A stretch of 39,512 nucleotides of DNA from Planctomycetota bacterium (GTDB lineage: Bacteria; Planctomycetota; Phycisphaerae; FEN-1346). The stretch spans positions 1 through 39,512 of the forward strand of contig JADHXV010000003.1 in the NCBI GenBank assembly GCA_016782785.1. Reading direction: 5' to 3'. The stretch's first letter is position 1. The number at the start of each line of letters is the position of its first letter. The notes beneath the pieces were generated by a model. That model saw nothing but the letters and a program-made list of their open reading frames with translations. It was not told the origin of the DNA and made no database searches. The position numbers and the translations under genes were made by a program. Positions 34,533-39,512 of the stretch are shown here, piece by piece.

Positions 34533-35702
34533 ATGCGACGATATACGCGACTCGTTGCCCCACTTGTGGGGCTTCTCCTTATAGCCGCCGGCGCCGGCAC
34601 GGCCTGGGCGTGCATGGTCCCGGTGTTCCGGTACGCCCTGGAGCGCTGGCCGGCCGACCCGTACCTGGTGTACGTCTTCCAGCGGGGCGACCTGTCGGCC
34701 GAGGCCAACCAGGCGCTCGACCGGCTGAAAGACGCCTCGGTGGTGAAGCGTCCGGACGGCGTGGTCGACCTCTGGATTACGGACCTCGCGAAGGGCGAGC
34801 CGGAGGACTTGGCGGCCGACGTGTGGAAGAAGTACGGCGAGAAGGGCGACCCCCTGATCGTCGTGCAGTACCCGCGCATGATCGGGATGCCCGTCGAGGT
34901 GTTCTGGGGCCCGCTGACCGACGAAACGGTGACGCTGCTTCTGGACTCGCCGACCCGCCGGATGGTGGCGAAGCGGCTCCTGGAAGGCGACACGACCGTC
35001 TTCGTCATGGTCGACAGCGGCGACGCCGCAAAGGACGAGGCTGCCCAGAAACTCCTGGGGGAGGAACTCGCCCGCATGGAGAAGTTGATCGAGTTGCCGG
35101 AGGTCGAAGACGGCCAGTGGGACGACCCCGTGTACGACACCGAGGGCGCGCCGGTCCTGAAGGTCGCGTTCTCGGTGGTCCGCCTGTCGCGCAAGGACCC
35201 GGCGGAGCGGGCGTTCCTGGACATGCTGCTCGGCTGCGAGCCGGACCTGAAGGACGAGGCCGAGCCGGTCGTCTTCCCGATCTTCGGCCGCGGCCGGCTG
35301 CTGTGCGCCCTCGTGGGCGAAGGCATCGGCCGGGAGAACATCGAGGAAATCTGCGCGTTTCTCACGGCGCCGTGCTCGTGCCAGGTGAAGTACCAGAACC
35401 CGGGCGTGGACATGCTGATGGACGTGCACTGGGACGCGGCCCTGGCGGGCGAGCCGTCGGCCATTCCGGAGGTCGCGGTCCCGCCGCTGACGGGCCTGGC
35501 GAAGTTCGCCGAGGCGGCCGGCGAGAAGGTGCCGCCGGAGGCGGGCGCCGGCGAGGCCGACGCCGGGGCGCCGGCCGGCGTCTTGGCCGCCTTGGCCAGC
35601 CGGCCGGTCGTCATCGGTTCGGCCGCGGGTGTGGCGGGCTTGGCCATCGTGGCGCTGGTCTCCATGGTCATCTGGAAACGTGGCAAACGCGCAGAGGTGT
35701 AA
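34533..35702 (+). CDS. Exported hypothetical protein with N-terminal Cys, CxC motif and C-terminal membrane anchor
   Basis: Signal peptide ending AWA, then CMVPVFRYALERW. Internal PIFGRGR and APCSCQVKYQNPGVDML. C-terminal TM helix followed by WKRGKR. Confidence 0.85.
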   Translation: MRRYTRLVAPLVGLLLIAAGAGTAWACMVPVFRYALERWPADPYLVYVFQRGDLSAEANQALDRLKDASVVKRPDGVVDLWITDLAKGEPEDLAADVWKKYGEKGDPLIVVQYPRMIGMPVEVFWGPLTDETVTLLLDSPTRRMVAKRLLEGDTTVFVMVDSGDAAKDEAAQKLLGEELARMEKLIELPEVEDGQWDDPVYDTEGAPVLKVAFSVVRLSRKDPAERAFLDMLLGCEPDLKDEAEPVVFPIFGRGRLLCALVGEGIGRENIEEICAFLTAPCSCQVKYQNPGVDMLMDVHWDAALAGEPSAIPEVAVPPLTGLAKFAEAAGEKVPPEAGAGEADAGAPAGVLAALASRPVVIGSAAGVAGLAIVALVSMVIWKRGKRAEV

Positions 35703-35705
35703 CAC

Positions 35706-37004
35706 ATGAGCATCTGGCGACTGATTGCCAAAGAGATCCTGTATCGCCGGCTGAACTTCGCGCTGGCGGCCCTGGCGGTCCTTGTGGCTGTGGGGTCGCT
35801 GGTGGCGGTCCTGACGCTGCTGAAGGGCCACGACCTGCGGGCCGAGGGCATCGCCGAGGTCCAGTCCGAGCGGGCGGGCGAGATCGGTAATGGCCTCCAG
35901 GATGACGCGCGGCGCATCACGCTCGGCCTGGGGTACAACGTCCTCATCCTTCACGAGAACCAGGACCTGGGCGAATTCTACACCCGGGGGCAGGCGTCCC
36001 AGACGTTTCCGGAATCGTACGCCGACCGGCTGGCCCAGTCGAACATCATCCTGGTGCAGCATGTGCTGCCGAGCCTCCACAGGCGGATGGAGTGGCCCGA
36101 GAAGAAGAAGCAGATCATCCTGGTGGGGGCGCGCGGCGAGGTGCAGCGCGGCCACGTCAACCCGAAGAAGCCGCTGATTCAGCCGGTGCCGCCCGGCGAG
36201 ATGATCGTGGGCGACGTCCTGGCGGCCGAGGCCGGGCTTGAGGTCGGGCAGACCGTCTCGCTGCTCGGCCGCGAGTTCAAGGTCACCAAGATTCACGATC
36301 GCCGCGGCGACGAGGACGACTACACGGCCTGGATCAACCTGGCCGACGCCCAGGCGATGTTCAACCAGCCGGGCGAGATCGATACGATCCTGGCCCTCAG
36401 TTGTTTCTGCGCCGACGCCACCCTGGGCACGATGGACGAGCAGATTACCCGCCTGCTGCCCGACACGCGTGTCATCAGCCTGGAGCACGAGGCGGCGATC
36501 CGGCGGGCGACGCGGGCCTCCGCCGGCCAGCGGGCCGAGGAGTTCCTCGCCCTCGACGAGGCCGGCCGCGAAAGCCTCCGGGCCGAACGCGAGGCCCTGG
36601 CCACCTGGGTCATCCCCCTGGTGGTCATCGGGTGCATCGTCTGGGTCGGCCTGATGGCGCTGGGGAACGTGCGGGCCCGGCGGCCGGAGATCGGCATTCT
36701 GCGGGCCATGGGCGTCCGCGGCGGGCAGGTGGTCGCCATCTTTCTTGGGCGGGCCGTTATGGTCGGACTCATCGGGGCCGTGATCGGTTATGGACTCGGC
36801 TTCGCGGTGGCGGCCGTGTGGGACGCCCGCGAGGTCGGCGAAGGCGCCTTGGCCGGTGGCCCCGCCGGCACGGCGGCGCTCTTCGGCCCCGGACTTCTGG
36901 CGGCGGTCCTGGCGCTGGCGCCGGTGCTGTCGGCGGCGGCGAGTCTGGTTCCGGCGCTGCTGGCGGCGCAGGAAGACCCCGCCACAATCTTGCGTGAGGA
37001 GTAA
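35706..37004 (+). CDS. MacB/FtsX-family ABC transporter permease
   Basis: TM1, large periplasmic loop, then NVRARRPEIGILRAMG and IFLGRA with C-terminal TMs; ends DPATILREE. Confidence 0.9.
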   Translation: MSIWRLIAKEILYRRLNFALAALAVLVAVGSLVAVLTLLKGHDLRAEGIAEVQSERAGEIGNGLQDDARRITLGLGYNVLILHENQDLGEFYTRGQASQTFPESYADRLAQSNIILVQHVLPSLHRRMEWPEKKKQIILVGARGEVQRGHVNPKKPLIQPVPPGEMIVGDVLAAEAGLEVGQTVSLLGREFKVTKIHDRRGDEDDYTAWINLADAQAMFNQPGEIDTILALSCFCADATLGTMDEQITRLLPDTRVISLEHEAAIRRATRASAGQRAEEFLALDEAGRESLRAEREALATWVIPLVVIGCIVWVGLMALGNVRARRPEIGILRAMGVRGGQVVAIFLGRAVMVGLIGAVIGYGLGFAVAAVWDAREVGEGALAGGPAGTAALFGPGLLAAVLALAPVLSAAASLVPALLAAQEDPATILREE

Positions 37005-37012
37005 GCGTCACC

Positions 37013-37675
37013 GTGCTGAAACTTCAAGATGTCACGAAGATGTATCGTGGACGCGCCGGACGGGTCCAGGCCCTCGAGAACATCTCGCTGGCCGTCCAGC
37101 CGGGCGAGTTCGTCTCGGTCCAGGGACCGAGCGGCTGCGGCAAGACGACGCTCCTGCTGATCGCGGGCGGCCTGCTTCGGCCGGATGCCGGGCAGGTGGC
37201 CGTCGATGGCCGCCGTCCCTACGACCTGGCCCCGGAGGACCGGGCCCGCCTCCGGGCCGACCTCGTCGGCTTCGTCTTCCAGCAGTTCCACCTGATGCCG
37301 TACCTGACGGTCCTGGACAACGTGCTGGCGGCGTCGCTGGCCAAGCCGTCGGACGACGGCGTCCGCCAGCGGGCCGTGGACCTCATCGAGCACGTGGGCC
37401 TCGGGCCGCGGACCCATCACGTGCCGGGGGAACTGAGCACGGGCGAGCGGCAGCGGGTGGCCATCGCGCGGGCCCTGCTGAACCGGCCGAGACTCCTCCT
37501 GGCCGACGAGCCGACCGGCAACCTCGACCCGGCCTCCAGCGAGGTGGTGCTTCGGCATCTGGCCGACTTCGCCGACGCCGGCGGGGCGGTCCTCCTGGTG
37601 ACCCACGACGAACGGGCGGCCCAGTACCCCCACCGCGCGGTGCGGATGGTCGGCGGACGGATCAGCGAGGACTGA
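37013..37675 (+). CDS. LolD/MacB-type ABC ATPase
   Basis: GPSGCGKTT, GFVFQQFHL, LSTGERQRVAIARAL, LLADEPTGNLD and LVTHD motifs. Confidence 0.95.
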   Translation: MLKLQDVTKMYRGRAGRVQALENISLAVQPGEFVSVQGPSGCGKTTLLLIAGGLLRPDAGQVAVDGRRPYDLAPEDRARLRADLVGFVFQQFHLMPYLTVLDNVLAASLAKPSDDGVRQRAVDLIEHVGLGPRTHHVPGELSTGERQRVAIARALLNRPRLLLADEPTGNLDPASSEVVLRHLADFADAGGAVLLVTHDERAAQYPHRAVRMVGGRISED

Positions 37676-37724
37676 GGCCGCCGCCCGCGGCGCGGGCGAT
37701 GAGCCGGCATCGGACCGGCGGAAA

Positions 37725-37754
37725 GGCCCGCACAAGCACGCGGGCCGTTTCTTC
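37725..37754 (+). terminator. Possible weak intrinsic terminator before the rSAM gene
   Basis: GGCCCGC-ACAAGCAC-GCGGGCC followed by GTTTCTTC. Confidence 0.35.
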
Positions 37755-37763
37755 GGAGAAACC

Positions 37764-39059
37764 GTGAGCGACGTCGTCCGACCGTTTCACATCATGTGCA
37801 AGCCGGTGTGCGGGGTCTGCAACCTCGACTGCCGGTACTGCTACTACACCATGAAGCCGGGCGAACTGTACCCTGGCGTCACGCGGTTCCAGATGACCGA
37901 CGAGATTCTGCGGGAATATACGCGCCAATATCTGTCGGCGATGCCGGTCCGGTGCGAATTCGGCTGGCAGGGCGGCGAGCCGCTCCTGGCCGGCAAAGAC
38001 TTCTTCCGCCGCGCCGTCGCCTGTCAGCGCGAGTTCGGCCGGTCGGGGCAGGTCGTCTCGAACGGGCTCCAGACCAACGGCACGCTGCTCGACGACGAGT
38101 GGGCCGCGTTCTTGGCCGAGAGCAAGTTCCTGGTGGGCGTCAGCATCGACGGGCCGCCGCAGGTCCACGATGCGAACCGCGTGGACCACCAGGGCCGGCC
38201 CACCTGGCACCGGGCGTGGGCGGGCGTGGAACTCCTGCGCAAGCACGAGGTCGAGTTCAACATCCTCGTGACGCTCAACAGCACCAACGCGCCCCACGCG
38301 GGGAACATTTATCGCTATTTCGTCAACCGCGGCATCCGGTACCTCCAGTTCATCCCGATCCTGGAGCGGCGGTCGGGCGAGGACGAGGCTACCGGCTTCT
38401 CGTGCGCGGCCGACCAACTCGGCCGGTGGATGCTCGAGGTCTTCGAGCAATGGGCCGAGCGCGACGTCGGCCGCGTCTCGGTCCGCTTCATCGACGACAC
38501 CCTTCACGGCATCCTGTACGGGCGTTCTTCCACGTGCGTGCACAGCGAGCGGTGCGCCGCGGCGTACATCGTGGAGTGGAACGGCGACCTGTACGCGTGC
38601 GACCACTTCGTCTACAAGGAGTGGCTCATCGGCAACATCATGGCCACGCCGATGGTCGAGTTGCTGAAGAGCCCGAGGCTGGAGGAGTTCGCCGCCCTCA
38701 AGACCGACCTGCCCGCCGCCTGCCGCGACTGCGAGCACCTGCCGTTCTGCTGGGGCGGGTGCCCGAAGCATCATCGGCCCATGGGCCGCGACGCCGCCCG
38801 CGTCAACCACTTCTGCGAGGGGTACAAGATGTTCTTCTCGCGGGCGCTGCCGGAACTGCGGCGGATCGCGGAGTACATCCGCCGGGGCGAACTGCCGCCC
38901 ACCAGGGGCGACGCCGCCCAGCCGCCTCCTGCCCAGCTGCCGGCCGCCCGGGCGGGCCCGCACGCGGCGGGACTTGACCGCAAGGTCGGACGCAATGAGC
39001 CGTGCCCCTGCGGCTCGGGCAAGAAGTACAAGCACTGCTGCGGCCGGCAGGGCGGGTAG
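37764..39059 (+). CDS. Radical SAM/SPASM enzyme, anaerobic sulfatase maturase family, with C-terminal SEC-C motif
   Basis: CNLDCRYC, WQGGEPLL, LQTNGTLL, GVSIDGP and LQFIP motifs. SPASM region NGDLYACDH...CRDC...CWGGCPK...FCEGYK. C-terminal KVGRNEPCPCGSGKKYKHCC. Confidence 0.93.
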   Translation: MSDVVRPFHIMCKPVCGVCNLDCRYCYYTMKPGELYPGVTRFQMTDEILREYTRQYLSAMPVRCEFGWQGGEPLLAGKDFFRRAVACQREFGRSGQVVSNGLQTNGTLLDDEWAAFLAESKFLVGVSIDGPPQVHDANRVDHQGRPTWHRAWAGVELLRKHEVEFNILVTLNSTNAPHAGNIYRYFVNRGIRYLQFIPILERRSGEDEATGFSCAADQLGRWMLEVFEQWAERDVGRVSVRFIDDTLHGILYGRSSTCVHSERCAAAYIVEWNGDLYACDHFVYKEWLIGNIMATPMVELLKSPRLEEFAALKTDLPAACRDCEHLPFCWGGCPKHHRPMGRDAARVNHFCEGYKMFFSRALPELRRIAEYIRRGELPPTRGDAAQPPPAQLPAARAGPHAAGLDRKVGRNEPCPCGSGKKYKHCCGRQGG

Positions 39060-39119
39060 GGTCACCCGCCAGTGGCACACGGCGCGCGTGTGGTCCGGCC
39101 CGTACGGGCCGGGTGGCAC
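39051..39119. repeat. Family C unit plus family A copy 5
   Basis: GGCGGGT-AGGGTC-ACCCGCC-A-GTGGCAC, with the hairpin containing the stop codon. 39088-39119 is the reverse complement of 34358-34389 with 1 mismatch in 32. Confidence 0.8.
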
Positions 39120-39165
39120 CACCGTCCACATCCCTTGCAGCCGCGCAACCGGCCCTGAACTCCTG

Positions 39166-39194
39166 TTGCACGGCGCGGCTTCACGCGGTAAGGT
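39166..39194 (+). promoter_or_regulatory. Sigma70-type promoter of the SDR gene
   Basis: TTGCAC-17 nt-TAAGGT. Confidence 0.5.
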
Positions 39195-39238
39195 CTCTGC
39201 AGAACGGGGCTTGCCGACCGAACAGGGAGCCAGGGATC

Positions 39239-39512
39239 ATGCAGCAGCCGGACCTGACGGACCGCGTGGCCGTGGTCACCGGGGCGGGGCGGGGCATCGG
39301 CCGGGCCGTGGCGCTGGCCCTGGGAAATGCGGGCGCCCGGGTGGTCGCCGCCGCCCGAACGCGGGCGGAGATCGAGGCGACGGCGAAGGCGGTGCGCGAC
39401 GCCGGCGGCCAGGCCCTGGCCCACCCCGTGGACCTCGCCGACGAGGCGTCCGTCCGGGCCCTGTTCGCGGCCGTGCGCGACCGATGGGCAAGGCTCGACG
39501 TCCTGGTCAACA
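39239..39512 (+). CDS. Short-chain dehydrogenase/reductase (5' part, runs off the window)
   Basis: MQQPDLTDRVAVVTGAGRGIGRAVA...VDLADEASV...RLDVLVN, with a TGxxxGIG Rossmann motif. Confidence 0.9.
   Translation, partial: MQQPDLTDRVAVVTGAGRGIGRAVALALGNAGARVVAAARTRAEIEATAKAVRDAGGQALAHPVDLADEASVRALFAAVRDRWARLDVLVN

Noticed and set aside
37676-37763. RiPP precursor peptide next to the radical SAM/SPASM gene
   Set aside because: No convincing short ORF with an RBS on either side. The enzyme has anSME signatures and no obvious RRE domain.

Overview
High-GC bacterial chromosomal segment. The gene content and repeat style suggest Planctomycetota (inference, not verified). It is mostly housekeeping: a cyclophilin, PIN/TRAM-ispD-ArnT-GT2, an NtrC-type two-component pair, rpsO-pnp, DUF362 plus polyferredoxin, pcrA-pgi-AEC, manA-rluB-thiC-TlpA, an S4-less TlyA, GH15, an ABC permease/ATPase, a radical SAM/SPASM enzyme and a partial SDR. 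I found no rRNA, tRNA, CRISPR array or transposase. The least explained items are: (1) two tandem secreted trypsin/HtrA-fold pseudoproteases with catalytic residues replaced by Gly, each fused to a DnaJ-type CxxCxGxG zinc ribbon, downstream of a lipoprotein cyclophilin and a 25-aa hydrophobic ORF; (2) an unannotated 29-aa gene with its own sigma70 promoter and RBS that is almost only a lipoprotein signal peptide; (3) a Cys-motif periplasmic protein plus MacB-like ABC system next to a rSAM/SPASM gene; (4) a pseudo-receiver signalling pair with a predicted leaderless transcript; (5) several interleaved REP-like palindrome families and a MITE-like element in the intergenic spaces. All calls come from reading motifs by eye; no database searches were run.
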